The notes under the pieces were generated by a model, which was given only the letters and a program-made list of their open reading frames with translations, was not told where the DNA came from and searched no databases. From an uncultured delta proteobacterium (GTDB lineage: Bacteria; Desulfobacterota; Binatia; UBA9968): a stretch of 64,000 nt of DNA. Each line of letters begins with the position of its first letter. Within the stretch, counting starts at the first letter, position 1. The DNA is taken from contig CAVTUQ010000019.1 in NCBI GenBank assembly GCA_963737905.1, positions 136,837 through 200,836 on the forward strand. The letters run 5' to 3'. The position numbers and the translations under genes are program-made. Shown piece after piece: positions 9,782 through 19,015 of the stretch.

Positions 9782-10816
9782 CTACAGGAACCAGTGCAAT
9801 ATCTTAAGCGCCCCCTGCTCCACTGCGGACCGGTGATAGCTGACGGCGCTCTTATCGGCGAGTACGGCGGCACGATGGGCGAGATACCATTCGTAGCTTT
9901 CGACGAACATCTCGTTGTTCGAATAGCGGGGAACCCATCCCAGCTTCGTGCGTGCCTTGGCAATGTCAAAGTAAAAGGATCGTCCGTACATCGAGGCGTG
10001 ATAGGCACCCAACGGTGAGATTCCCAGGCCGGAGGAGAGATTCATCGCAGCCACCATGGGCCACATCGGCAGAGACTTTACCTTGGATCCCGTACGCGCA
10101 TAGTTGCAGAGATGCTCCAGCGCCTCGCGCATGGTCCCGAACCGGTTGGTGCCGCAATTAAAAGCGTCGCTACCCTTCAAGATACTTGCCCGTATACACC
10201 CTTCAGCAAAATCATCCGCATGCACGAATTGATAGATGTTTTTCCCGTCATCGAGCACAGGAATATTCTTCCCCTGATAAATCCATTCGAAAAGAATCTG
10301 AAAAATGCCCATTCGGCCGTGCCCCAAGATGGTACAGGGCCGGACAATGGACACATCCAGACCTTGCCGCGCATATTCGTGGCACAAGTCCTCTCCCGCT
10401 AGTTTGGTTTTTCCATACTCTTCCGCGGGAGCTGGCACAGCGTCCTCCGTTACCGGATTCGATTTAGGAATTCCGTACACCGCGCTCGAAGAGGTGTAGA
10501 CCACCTTCTTTACCGCTCCGCGTGCGCAGGACTCTAGCAGGTTCTTTGTCCCGTCGCGGTTAACACTCCAGAGCAACGGTTTGTTTATGGCTATAGCCAC
10601 CTGCGCTGCGTTATGGAAGACGACATCGATTCCCTCACAGGCTGACAGAACCGTATCAGGGTCGCGAATGTCCGCTTGCACCATCTCGGTTCCGGGATAC
10701 TTATCCGCAGGCAGATTGATATCGAGGATGCGGACGAAGTAGCCGCGCTCCAAGAGCTTTCGAGTGAGCAGGTCACCGAAATAACCTGCGCCGCCAGTAA
10801 CTAGAGACTTGATCAT
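9782..10816 (-). CDS. NAD-dependent epimerase/dehydratase (extended SDR)
   Basis: LVTGGAGYFG Rossmann motif, YGKTK catalytic motif, 344 aa. Confidence 0.8.
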   Translation of the reverse strand: MIKSLVTGGAGYFGDLLTRKLLERGYFVRILDINLPADKYPGTEMVQADIRDPDTVLSACEGIDVVFHNAAQVAIAINKPLLWSVNRDGTKNLLESCARGAVKKVVYTSSSAVYGIPKSNPVTEDAVPAPAEEYGKTKLAGEDLCHEYARQGLDVSIVRPCTILGHGRMGIFQILFEWIYQGKNIPVLDDGKNIYQFVHADDFAEGCIRASILKGSDAFNCGTNRFGTMREALEHLCNYARTGSKVKSLPMWPMVAAMNLSSGLGISPLGAYHASMYGRSFYFDIAKARTKLGWVPRYSNNEMFVESYEWYLAHRAAVLADKSAVSYHRSAVEQGALKILHWFL

Positions 10817-10850
10817 TTTTAGCCGAGACTAAGCCGATGGTTCCATCGCG

Positions 10851-12341
10851 TCACGGCTTGAATATCGCGAAATCAAAGGTGGCGGCGAGCAACACCAGGA
10901 TGGCCAAGAATGCCGCGCCATACGTCGAAGGTTCGCGGGCAGTGTACTGGATCGGGTCTTCCGTTAGTTCACCTCTCCTGCAGATCACCCATAGACGGCT
11001 GATATAATATAACAGGATGGGTTGCAGGCCCCAAAGGAAGATCGGCTGTCGATAGAGCAATTGTACGGTCTCACTGTTGATGTAGAGGGCGAGTACCAGG
11101 GACGACAAGAATCCGCTGCACATGCCGGCAATACAGACCGCGTCCAGATCGGTTGTCACATACCCCCGTCCCGGGATGACTTTTCGATTATCCTGCTGGT
11201 GCTGAATCAAATCGGCGGCACGTTTGCTGAAGGCCAGACTGAGGAACAGAAAAAAAGCGAAGGACAACAGCCACGGTGAGAGAACGATCCCAGTAGCCGC
11301 GCTGCCGGCGACGACCCGCAACGTGTACAGAAGAGCCAGAGTGAGCACGTCCACTACAAGGAGACGCTTCAAGAAGAGCGAGTACACGCAGGTCAGCACG
11401 AGGTAAGCGATCAACGCGCTCACGAACGCGCGTGGAACCCAGGTGGCTATCGCCGCGCTAGCCGAAAGCGATGCGATTGTGAGCAAAATACCGGAACCGA
11501 TGGCCGCCCGGCCCGAAGCGAAAGGGCGTTGCTTTTTGATAGGATGGCGGCGGTCCTCCTCCAGGTCCAGCAAGTCGTTCAGAATATAGCCGGCGGAAGC
11601 CGCAAATCCGAAGGAGAGAAATGCCAGTGTCGCGTTGCCGGCAACAGATAAATCGAAAACGGTGTGCGAGGTGATCGCTGGAACGAAGAGCAGCAAATTC
11701 TTCACCCATTGGTAAAAACGCATCGAGCGGAGGGCCTCGCGGAGGTGGGTGAGCGGGCGGGGAAAGACGCGCACCACGTTCCCTGCACGGCGGGCCGAGC
11801 GTTCCACGCGCCCGGAGGTATTCACCAGAATCGCATGCCGGCAGCCGCGCCAGATCTCCAGGTCTGCGCTTGAATTGCCGACGTAGTCAAACTTTTCTCC
11901 GCAGACTTCCATGATGGTTTCGAGCTTTTTTCGTCCCTTCAAATTGCGTTGTCCATCGCTCCCCAGCACCGTGTCGAAAAGGGCGAGCGGTTCGACTACC
12001 GAGCACGCTTGGTGATAATCGGACGCTGTCGCGAGTACCAAACGTCTGCCGCGTGCCTTCTCATCTCTCAGCCACGCCAACAGTTCCTTATGGGAGGGTA
12101 GGAGTGAGACGTCAATCCGAACCCGCTGGAAAATTCTGTGCTTCAGATAGGCCCGCCCGCGCAACAGCCAAAGAGGCACAAACAGAACCCGCCACGGCGT
12201 CTGCTTGATGAGTCGTAACGCGGACTCGAGGAGGAGATCGGTGCGGAGCAGTGTTCCATCCAGGTCCACCACTAACGGAGGAGCCTCCGAGCAAGACTCG
12301 CTCCGATTACACACGGCTTCCACTGGCCAATGTTGAGTCAT
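10851..12341 (-). CDS. HAD-phosphatase / UbiA-family prenyl-phosphate phosphoribosyltransferase fusion (DPPR-synthase-like)
   Basis: N-terminal VVDLDGTLLRTD (HAD motif I). C-terminal polytopic domain with NDLLDLEEDRRHPIKKQRPFASG (UbiA NDxxDxxxD motif as in decaprenyl-phosphate phosphoribosyltransferases). Confidence 0.75.
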   Translation of the reverse strand: MTQHWPVEAVCNRSESCSEAPPLVVDLDGTLLRTDLLLESALRLIKQTPWRVLFVPLWLLRGRAYLKHRIFQRVRIDVSLLPSHKELLAWLRDEKARGRRLVLATASDYHQACSVVEPLALFDTVLGSDGQRNLKGRKKLETIMEVCGEKFDYVGNSSADLEIWRGCRHAILVNTSGRVERSARRAGNVVRVFPRPLTHLREALRSMRFYQWVKNLLLFVPAITSHTVFDLSVAGNATLAFLSFGFAASAGYILNDLLDLEEDRRHPIKKQRPFASGRAAIGSGILLTIASLSASAAIATWVPRAFVSALIAYLVLTCVYSLFLKRLLVVDVLTLALLYTLRVVAGSAATGIVLSPWLLSFAFFLFLSLAFSKRAADLIQHQQDNRKVIPGRGYVTTDLDAVCIAGMCSGFLSSLVLALYINSETVQLLYRQPIFLWGLQPILLYYISRLWVICRRGELTEDPIQYTAREPSTYGAAFLAILVLLAATFDFAIFKP

Positions 12342-12417
12342 TTTCAGGAGCTGTTGGGCTGTAATCTACCATGTACCAATAGCACACGACGCGCTTCCTA
12401 GCGGATTTAGGCCATTT

Positions 12418-12543
12418 TTAGGAGTTGTAGCCCTGGAAAATACCAATATCTTCCAGCACCGGCAAGTGGATACCACGTTTAAGAAAATTTTCACGCATCG
12501 GGCAACCGTAACGGCAATCGGAATACCGGGGGTTCGGCGCCAT
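12418..12543 (-). CDS. possible 41-aa small ORF (MAPNPRYSDCRYGCPMRENFLKRGIHLPVLEDIGIFQGYNS)
   Basis: ATG lies 1 nt after the stop of the upstream methyltransferase reading frame. It fills the gap before the HAD-UbiA gene. No recognisable family and no clear SD. Confidence 0.2.
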   Translation of the reverse strand: MAPNPRYSDCRYGCPMRENFLKRGIHLPVLEDIGIFQGYNS

Positions 12544-12544
12544 C

Positions 12545-13154
12545 CTATGCCCGCACTAGTACGTAAGTTACTCGCCTCAGGAGACCCAGCGAGCGGGAGT
12601 AGAGTGCCGCACTGACATCCAAGCGCAGGCCCTGGAAGGCCTGCCGCCAGCCCGTGTCAGTACGGTTCGAGCGCGGATGATTGAAAAACTCAAAGTTGAA
12701 CAGACTGTCTATTGCGTAGGTACAGTACTTTTCGTACACATTTTCATATATCTCTTCAATGACGATGATACGCTCTCGCTACTCTCCTAGCTTCCGCGAG
12801 AATAGCGTCGGGATCTCGAACGTGGTGTAACACCGTGATGATCAGAGCGACGTCGAAACTATCGTCGCCGAAGGGAAGTGTCGTGCCGTCGTAAGCCACA
12901 GGCACGATCTCGTCGACAAAGCTGAGGTTCTTGAGGTCAACCGGGACGACATTGTATCCAAGCCGTAGAAGCTCCTGGCAGAGAATACAGTTCCCGGCTC
13001 CCACGTCCAGGACACGATCGTCCGGGGCCAGATGGGAGCCGATCTCCGCTAGTTTCTCTCGCACGCGCCAGAGGGCCAGGCGGCAAAGAGCCTGGCGCAG
13101 CGCGCTTATTTTCAAGAACGCTTTGAAGGACATGGAGCAGCAAGCTCTTGACAA
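12545..13154 (-). pseudogene. class I SAM-dependent methyltransferase interrupted by one frameshift near 12770-12785
   Basis: Frame 1 (12756-13154) carries VLDVGAGNCILCQEL and LHHVRDPDAILAEARRVA, then stops. Frame 2 continues RIIVIEEIYENVYEKY...NHPRSNRTDTGWRQAF. Together this is about 200 aa, a normal Methyltransf_11-like length. Confidence 0.65.
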
Positions 13155-13293
13155 TTATTTTACAGAATCCCTATCCTGATCCTATCTTATTCTTATCACG
13201 TCGCACGAAATCCAAATCAGTGAGTTCTGCCGAAGACCGTCCCGGCCACAGGATCGGGCAGCGACGGTATAGCGCCAAAACGCTGAAACGCTT

Positions 13294-15433
13294 GTGGTAG
13301 ACGCGAAGTCCAGGCAAAAGGCTAGGTCGGGGCGAGCCACGAAAACCGGAGTTGACCCGGTCTCTTCGGCGATTACATCGGCCCGACCGCTGTCTGTCCC
13401 TTGGCTTATTCCTGCGTTAATCGCCCTTATTACTTTCATCGTTTTTCTTCCCACCCTGCAAAATGGTTTTGTCAATTGGGATGACGACTCACATCTAATC
13501 AACAATCCCCTTTACAGAGGCCTGGGATGGGAGCAGCTTCGCTGGATGTTTAGCACGTGCCTCAATGGCTCTTGCATGCCCTTGAACTGGGTGACGTATG
13601 GTTTGGATTATGTTCTCTGGGGCATGAATCCCAGAGGATATCATTTCACGAGTTTACTCGTTCACGTCGCCAACGGCGTGCTCTTTTATTTTCTGAGCCT
13701 GCGACTCCTCCGACTTGGTTTCGGAACTATTTTATCGAATCTGCCAATCCGGCTGGCGGCAGGTTTCTCTGCTCTTTTCTTTTCTCTCCATCCCTTGCAA
13801 GTTGAAGTCGTGGCATGGGCGACTGGCCGGGAAATAGCCATTGCCGGCTTTTTCTTCATTTTGACCTTGATTTGTTACTTGAAGGCGGCTGAGAACGAGT
13901 CGGCGGGCTTGTCTCGCCGCGGATGGATGATTGGAGCCTGGGGCCTTTACGCCCTGTCTCTTTTGGGTAAAGAGATGGCGCTGACCTTGCCTTTCGCTCT
14001 TTTGGTTTTGGACATTTATCCCTTGAGGCGGCTCGGGGGCGGTCATGGGAGGTGGTTCGGACCACAAGTTCGTCAGGTATGGTGGGAGAAAATACCATTC
14101 CTGCTTTTAGCCCTGGCGGCCGGCGTCAGAGCAACCTTAGAAAAGCAGCAAGCGGGAAGCATTTATCCCATCGCAGATTATGGCTTGCTGCCCAGGGGCG
14201 CCCAGGTACTGTATAGCGTAGCATTTTACCCGTGGAAAACGCTCATGCCCGCCGGGCTATCTCCCCTCTACCCGTTGCATCCTTTCACCGGTCTTTGGAG
14301 CTTGCCCGTGCTGCTCAGCGGTGGGGTCGTGTTTGTGCTCAGTGTATCGTTTTTTATCGCCAGGCGTCGCTGGCCTGTCGGTTTAGCGGCGTGGCTGTTT
14401 TATGTTTTACTACTCGCACCGGTGAGCGGTATCCTTGCGTTTGGTCCCTATCGCGCCGCTGATCGGTTTAGCTATCTGCCCTCCCTCGGCTGGGCCGTCT
14501 TGGCGGGAGCAGCGTTATTTTATTTCTGGCAACTTTGGGCCGGCGGTCGTATCGGACGACGAATATGGTTTTTGGCGCCGTCTTTTTCCGTCCTGCTCTT
14601 AATTGCTTTAGCGGCTTTGACTTGGGGTCAAACGCAAATTTGGCATGACTCTGAGAGGCTGTGGAGGCATGCGCTGGCTGTTGATGAAAGGTCAAGTATC
14701 GCACATAACAATTTGGGCCTTGTCCTCGCCGAACGCGGTAGCCTTGAAGAAGCGATTGATGAGTTCCGGCGGGCCGTGGAAATCGATCCCTTGTTCGTGG
14801 AAGGGCAGACAAATCTGGGAAATTTTCTTGCGCAGCGGGGTTCAACAGAGGAAGCGATCTCTCATCTGCGAAAGGCTTTAGCGATCGATCCGGCGTTTGC
14901 CAACGCGCACAATACGCTGGGCAATATTCTTGACTGATAGAGGCGAATCGGATCGGGCAATTGAGCACTTTCGCCAGGCGCTGCAAACAAACCCAAAATC
15001 CGCAATGACGTACTATAACTTGGGGCGGGCCCTTGCCAAGCGTGGAGATCTCACAGAGGCCACAGAAAGCTATCGCAAGGCCGCGGAACTTAACCCGAGT
15101 GATCCCGACGTGTACAACAACTTGGGTCTGGTTTTGCAAAGCCAGGGCAGGCTGCCGGAAGCCGCCGAGCAATTTCACAATGCTTTACGAATCGACCCGA
15201 AATACGTGAAGGCATATTTTAACCTTGGAAAGACTTTTGCCGGGCAAGGAAAGTTTGATGAGGCGGTGGAAAACTTCCGTAGGGCGGTACGGATTCAGCC
15301 CGGATCAGCCGAGATTCACGAGCAGCTGGCGCGCGCTCTTGCGCAAGAGGGAAAGAAAGAGGAAGCGCTTCAGCACTATCAAGAAGCGCTAAGACTCGTG
15401 AAAGCCCGGCAAGGAGTGCGTCCTGGCAATTAG
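13294..15433 (+). pseudogene. GT-C fold (PMT_2/TMTC-like) membrane glycosyltransferase with C-terminal TPR array, split by a frameshift at about 14932
   Basis: Polytopic N-terminus with FVNWDDDSHLINNP. The TPR repeat ...ANAHNTLGNIL|TDRGESDRAIEHFRQAL continues seamlessly from the 13294-14937 frame into the 14897-15433 frame. Confidence 0.7.
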
Positions 15434-15526
15434 GGTGTCCAGTCGACCTCGTTAAAAGTTGCACAGGGGCACCGATTTTCACCGGCCCGATGTGTGAACT
15501 ACTTTGCCTTGTAATACTTCTGGGCT

Positions 15527-15730
15527 TCAGGTAACCCCCGCTTTTCGAGTCCCGTCGCTCGGGTGCGTGTATAGGAACTCGGGGGGCTTCTCATCTTGTT
15601 GGAGCTTGGACATCCTTTCCCAAAACCCCACGGCGGCGGAAAGATCACAACCTGCCTTGGCCATCAAGATAGACAGGCTGAAAGACCCCAGTAGGAGTAA
15701 GACGCCAAAACTAAGCCATTTTGTGTACAC
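15527..15730 (-). pseudogene. remnant of an M48-family peptidase C-terminus
   Basis: LMAKAGCDLSAAVGFWERMSKLQQDEKPPEFLYTHPSDGTR matches the M48 C-terminal signature (AGYDxxA..FWxRM ... P.FLSTHPS..R). There is no HExxH part upstream. Confidence 0.45.
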
Positions 15731-15946
15731 TATCTTTTATGTGTTCCGACGTGTTTTCAGTTACATTTCCGGTCGCTTGCCAAGTCGCAGGCCGAAGGGA
15801 GATTGTTTAGACAGTACCTAGCGGACCCGATGGCTTGTGTCAAATCTGGCCTTAGATTGAATCCCAATACTAGATGTTGTGGGCTGGTTCCTGCTGATCG
15901 GCTGGAACGGCGGGGAAAAATGTGCTGAAATTTCCCGATTTTTTCC

Positions 15947-15975
15947 TTGACAAGGAAAACCGCTTGTACTACTTT
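15947..15975 (+). promoter_or_regulatory. sigma-70-like promoter for the OmpA-family gene
   Basis: TTGACA (15947-15952), 17 nt spacer, TACTTT (15970-15975). A GGGAGGGAG RBS precedes the ATG at 16013. Confidence 0.45.
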
Positions 15976-16012
15976 GGGCGAAAATTTGTAAATTTTTTTC
16001 TGGGAGGGAGCG

Positions 16013-16723
16013 ATGGAGAAAAACAAATACCTAGCCATCAGCACGCTTGGTTTTTTCCTGACGGGTTGTGCGGGGATGACTAAGTGGCAAGCTGCAACAG
16101 TGGGTGCTATCACCTGTGGAGCGGCCGGAGCAGCGGGTGGAGGAGTGGCCGCAAACAATGGTGTGGAAGGTCATAAGAGAAACATAGGCGCTGGGGTGGC
16201 GATCGGCATGACGACCGGCGCTTTGCTTTGCGGCGGTCTGGGGTACTTGCTAGCGCAGGAGCCCAAACCTAAGCCACCACCGCCACCGCCGCCACCACCG
16301 CCACCGCCACCACCACCGCCGCCACCACCGCCACCAAAACCAAAGCCGCCACCGCCGCCACCGCCGCCACCGGCGCCGAAGGTCGAGCGGACGATCATCC
16401 TGGATGACGTGTTGTTCGATTTTGACAAGAGCACGATCAAGCCTGAAGCGGCGAAGATTCTCGATCGGCTGGTAGCGTTCATGAACGAGAACAAAGATAA
16501 GAAAGTCGCTTTATCGGGTTTCACGGACAGCATCGGGACGGAGGCCTACAATTTGAAGCTATCCGATCGACGCTGGATGTCGGTTAGGGATTATGTGGTG
16601 AAACATGGTGTGGAGGGCGGCCGGGTCTCGGGTCAGGGATTCGGAGAATCCAAACCGATCGCTGACAACAAGACTGCGGAGGGCCGTAGCAAGAACCGCA
16701 GGGTCGAAATAAAAGTGGACTAG
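16013..16723 (+). CDS. OmpA-family lipoprotein with glycine-zipper region and poly-proline linker
   Basis: Lipobox FFLTGC, GxxxG-rich segment, about 40-aa Pro/Lys linker, and a C-terminal OmpA_C domain (GFTDSIGTEAYNLKLSDRR...NRRVEIKV). Confidence 0.85.
   Translation: MEKNKYLAISTLGFFLTGCAGMTKWQAATVGAITCGAAGAAGGGVAANNGVEGHKRNIGAGVAIGMTTGALLCGGLGYLLAQEPKPKPPPPPPPPPPPPPPPPPPPPPKPKPPPPPPPPPAPKVERTIILDDVLFDFDKSTIKPEAAKILDRLVAFMNENKDKKVALSGFTDSIGTEAYNLKLSDRRWMSVRDYVVKHGVEGGRVSGQGFGESKPIADNKTAEGRSKNRRVEIKVD
16259..16378 (+). repeat. low-complexity CCACCGCCG-type tract encoding PKPKP(21)KPKP(9)
   Basis: Direct reading of nt 16259-16378. There are runs of 21 and 9 consecutive Pro codons. Confidence 0.95.
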
Positions 16724-16748
16724 ACGGATCACTGAAGGGGGAACAGCA

Positions 16749-17141
16749 ATGCGGAACAGACAAAAAGCAGCGGCCATTGTCCTGGTATTCGGGTTGCTGT
16801 TCCCTGTATTATCCTCAGCTCAGAGTTTGAGTTTTAAGGAGATTCAATCTCGCGTATCTGAGTACAAAAGCTGGCTGGATAAGCTCGGTGCCAATGGGTT
16901 GCATTACTGGCTTAGAGTCGACGGTACCAAAAGACCTCATCGGCTTTACGTGGGAGAAGGGTTCATGCAGGCTACCACGGGTGAGAAAGAGGAATTTATA
17001 GAAATCTTCTCCCGCTACCTTGCCGGTCATCCGGAGAAAAACATGCTCATCGATATCTATGACGGGTCCACCGGCAAGGAAATTGGTGAATATGGATTCG
17101 GCGGCTTTAAGCTTTTCACTGTAACGGCTCCCCCTCGATAG
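16749..17141 (+). CDS. secreted hypothetical protein
   Basis: Signal peptide AAAIVLVFGLLFPVLSSAQS, followed by a strong terminator. No family recognised. Confidence 0.5.
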   Translation: MRNRQKAAAIVLVFGLLFPVLSSAQSLSFKEIQSRVSEYKSWLDKLGANGLHYWLRVDGTKRPHRLYVGEGFMQATTGEKEEFIEIFSRYLAGHPEKNMLIDIYDGSTGKEIGEYGFGGFKLFTVTAPPR

Positions 17142-17171
17142 TTTCCTTTCACGAAAGCAAACTGCTCTCGA

Positions 17172-17209
17172 ACCAGGAGGTCCGGAAATCGGGCTTCCTG
17201 GTTTTTTTT
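17172..17209 (+). terminator. rho-independent terminator
   Basis: Stem ACCAGGAGG / CTTCCTGGT with an internal mismatch, followed by a T8 run (17202-17209). Confidence 0.65.
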
Positions 17210-17262
17210 CTTTGGTTTTCTAAATTCAAGAGAACGCGATCGGTGCCTAGTTATTAAAAACC

Positions 17263-18594
17263 ATGCGCTCTTTGCAACAGCAACGGCAAGACGCACGCAG
17301 CATATTTGAAGCGGGCCTCGAAGCGTCCGACCCCATGGTGTTGATACGAAGGGGTGTGCGAGTGGACGGGCAGATTCTTCGCGCCGGCGAACGTCTTTAC
17401 GATTTGGCAACCTACGGTCATCTCTTTGTGGTCGGCGCGGGCAAGGCGACAGCGAAAATGGCTCTCGCCGTCGAAGATCTGTTGGGGGAAAGGATTAGCG
17501 GAGGAATCGTCATTGTCAAGCGAGGACATACCGTTCCGCTGAGGAAACTAGAGGTTGTCGAAGCCGCCCACCCGCTCCCGGATCAAGCAGGAGTTGACGC
17601 TACTGAGACCATTATCGGGTTGCTGAGACGGGCTCAAAAAACGGATTTCATTCTTTGTCTCATTTCCGGGGGCGCGTCTGCGCTGCTGTCGTCTCCCGCG
17701 ATGAGTCTAAGCTTGCACGATAAGCAACAAACCACGCAGGCGTTTCTGAACTGTGGTGCGAGGATTCAAGAAATCAACGCGATCCGTAAGCATATTTCCA
17801 AAGTCAAAGGAGGTCGACTTGCGCAGCTGGCCCATCCTTCGACTGTTCTATCGCTGATTCTATCGGATGTGATCGACGACTCCATTGACTCCATTGGTTC
17901 GGGACCGACGGCTCCTGACTCGAGCACGTTTGCCGATTGTCTGTCTGCTATTGATCGCTATCGTGTTGGAGAAATGATTCCCGTCGCCGTGACCCGCTTG
18001 CTGAAAAAGGGAGCCGCAGGAGAAATCATAGAAACTCCCAAAGCGGGCGATCCAATCTTTCATAAAGTCCAAAATCTCATTGTCGGCGATAACCAGTTAG
18101 CCTTGTTAGCCGCCAAAGAAAAAGCCGAGACGTTGGGATATGACACGCGAGTTCTTTCGAGCTCGATTGAAGGCGAAGCGAGGGAGGTGGCGACCGAGCA
18201 CGCGGTTATGGCAAGAGATATCCTGTCGGATTCCAGTCGGATTCGCCGTCCCGCTTGTATTATTTCCGGTGGAGAGACGACGGTAACAATCCAAGGTGAT
18301 GGCTTGGGCGGCCGGAACCAAGAATTCGCGCTCGCGGCGGCCATCGAAATTGACGGGCTGGAGGGCGTTGTGGTTCTAAGTGGAGGCACGGACGGCACGG
18401 ACGGGCCGACGGATGCGGCGGGCGGAATCGTTGACGGGACAACGGTTCAGCGCGCACGGGACCAGGGACTCGATGCACGAGGGTATCTCAGAACAAACGA
18501 TTCGTACCCTTTTCTAAAGACCGTCGGCGATTTGCTCGTGACGGGACCGACACTGACAAACGTCATGGACCTCCGGATGGTCCTCATTGCCTGA
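17263..18594 (+). CDS. glycerate 2-kinase / hydroxypyruvate-reductase-like protein (DUF4147 + MOFRL)
   Basis: 443 aa with VVGAGKA, LISGGASALL and SGGETTV...GGRNQEFALAAA...GTDGTDGPTDAAG, typical of the MOFRL family. Confidence 0.8.
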   Translation: MRSLQQQRQDARSIFEAGLEASDPMVLIRRGVRVDGQILRAGERLYDLATYGHLFVVGAGKATAKMALAVEDLLGERISGGIVIVKRGHTVPLRKLEVVEAAHPLPDQAGVDATETIIGLLRRAQKTDFILCLISGGASALLSSPAMSLSLHDKQQTTQAFLNCGARIQEINAIRKHISKVKGGRLAQLAHPSTVLSLILSDVIDDSIDSIGSGPTAPDSSTFADCLSAIDRYRVGEMIPVAVTRLLKKGAAGEIIETPKAGDPIFHKVQNLIVGDNQLALLAAKEKAETLGYDTRVLSSSIEGEAREVATEHAVMARDILSDSSRIRRPACIISGGETTVTIQGDGLGGRNQEFALAAAIEIDGLEGVVVLSGGTDGTDGPTDAAGGIVDGTTVQRARDQGLDARGYLRTNDSYPFLKTVGDLLVTGPTLTNVMDLRMVLIA

Positions 18595-18750
18595 AGGCGA
18601 AAGCAGTCTTCTCCATTCGCCTCCTTCCCGCACCGTCATCCGTGCCCACCCGGGTAGTTGATTTCGTAAACCATCCGTGATTAAAGTTCTGGCTTTCGGA
18701 AGCATTTGTTTTGAACCCATAACATAACCGACGTCGGATGGAGTGAGGAA

Positions 18751-18966
18751 ATGATTGACGTCAGCTTGCGAGGAGTTCGCTGTCGGGCGGCCCAAGAAAT
18801 TCTCGATCTCGATGGAACCATTGGCGCTGCCACCGAGGGCACGATTGTCTATGAACTCGAGGGAGAAGGGGGACAACTGGTACACGTTCAGTGGGACAAT
18901 GGGACGAGCTCCCTTGTTTCCGCGGAGGAGATTGAGATCACCGACCGCGCCGTGATCTGGCAATAA
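18751..18966 (+). CDS. small DUF4314-like protein
   Basis: 71 aa with GTIGAATEGTIVYE...LVHVQWDNGTSSLVSAEEIEI, resembling the G..GT...V.WDNG signature. A GAGG-type RBS lies upstream. Confidence 0.4.
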   Translation: MIDVSLRGVRCRAAQEILDLDGTIGAATEGTIVYELEGEGGQLVHVQWDNGTSSLVSAEEIEITDRAVIWQ

Positions 18967-19015
18967 CAGAGCTGCAGCTGGGTGGGTCCGCGCAGAGTGA
19001 AAACATTTTGGGGAG

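Noticed and set aside
12655-12680. GGTTCGAGC, resembling a tRNA T-arm.
   Set aside because: No acceptor, D or anticodon arms can be drawn around it, and it lies inside the methyltransferase reading frame.
15757-16158. 133-aa minus-strand ORF upstream of and overlapping the OmpA gene start.
   Set aside because: It overlaps the promoter, RBS and signal-peptide region of a well-supported gene and has no motifs.
16171-16533. 120-aa minus-strand ORF with a long poly-glycine run.
   Set aside because: It is the antisense shadow of the poly-proline tract (CCN versus GGN) inside a well-supported OmpA-family gene.
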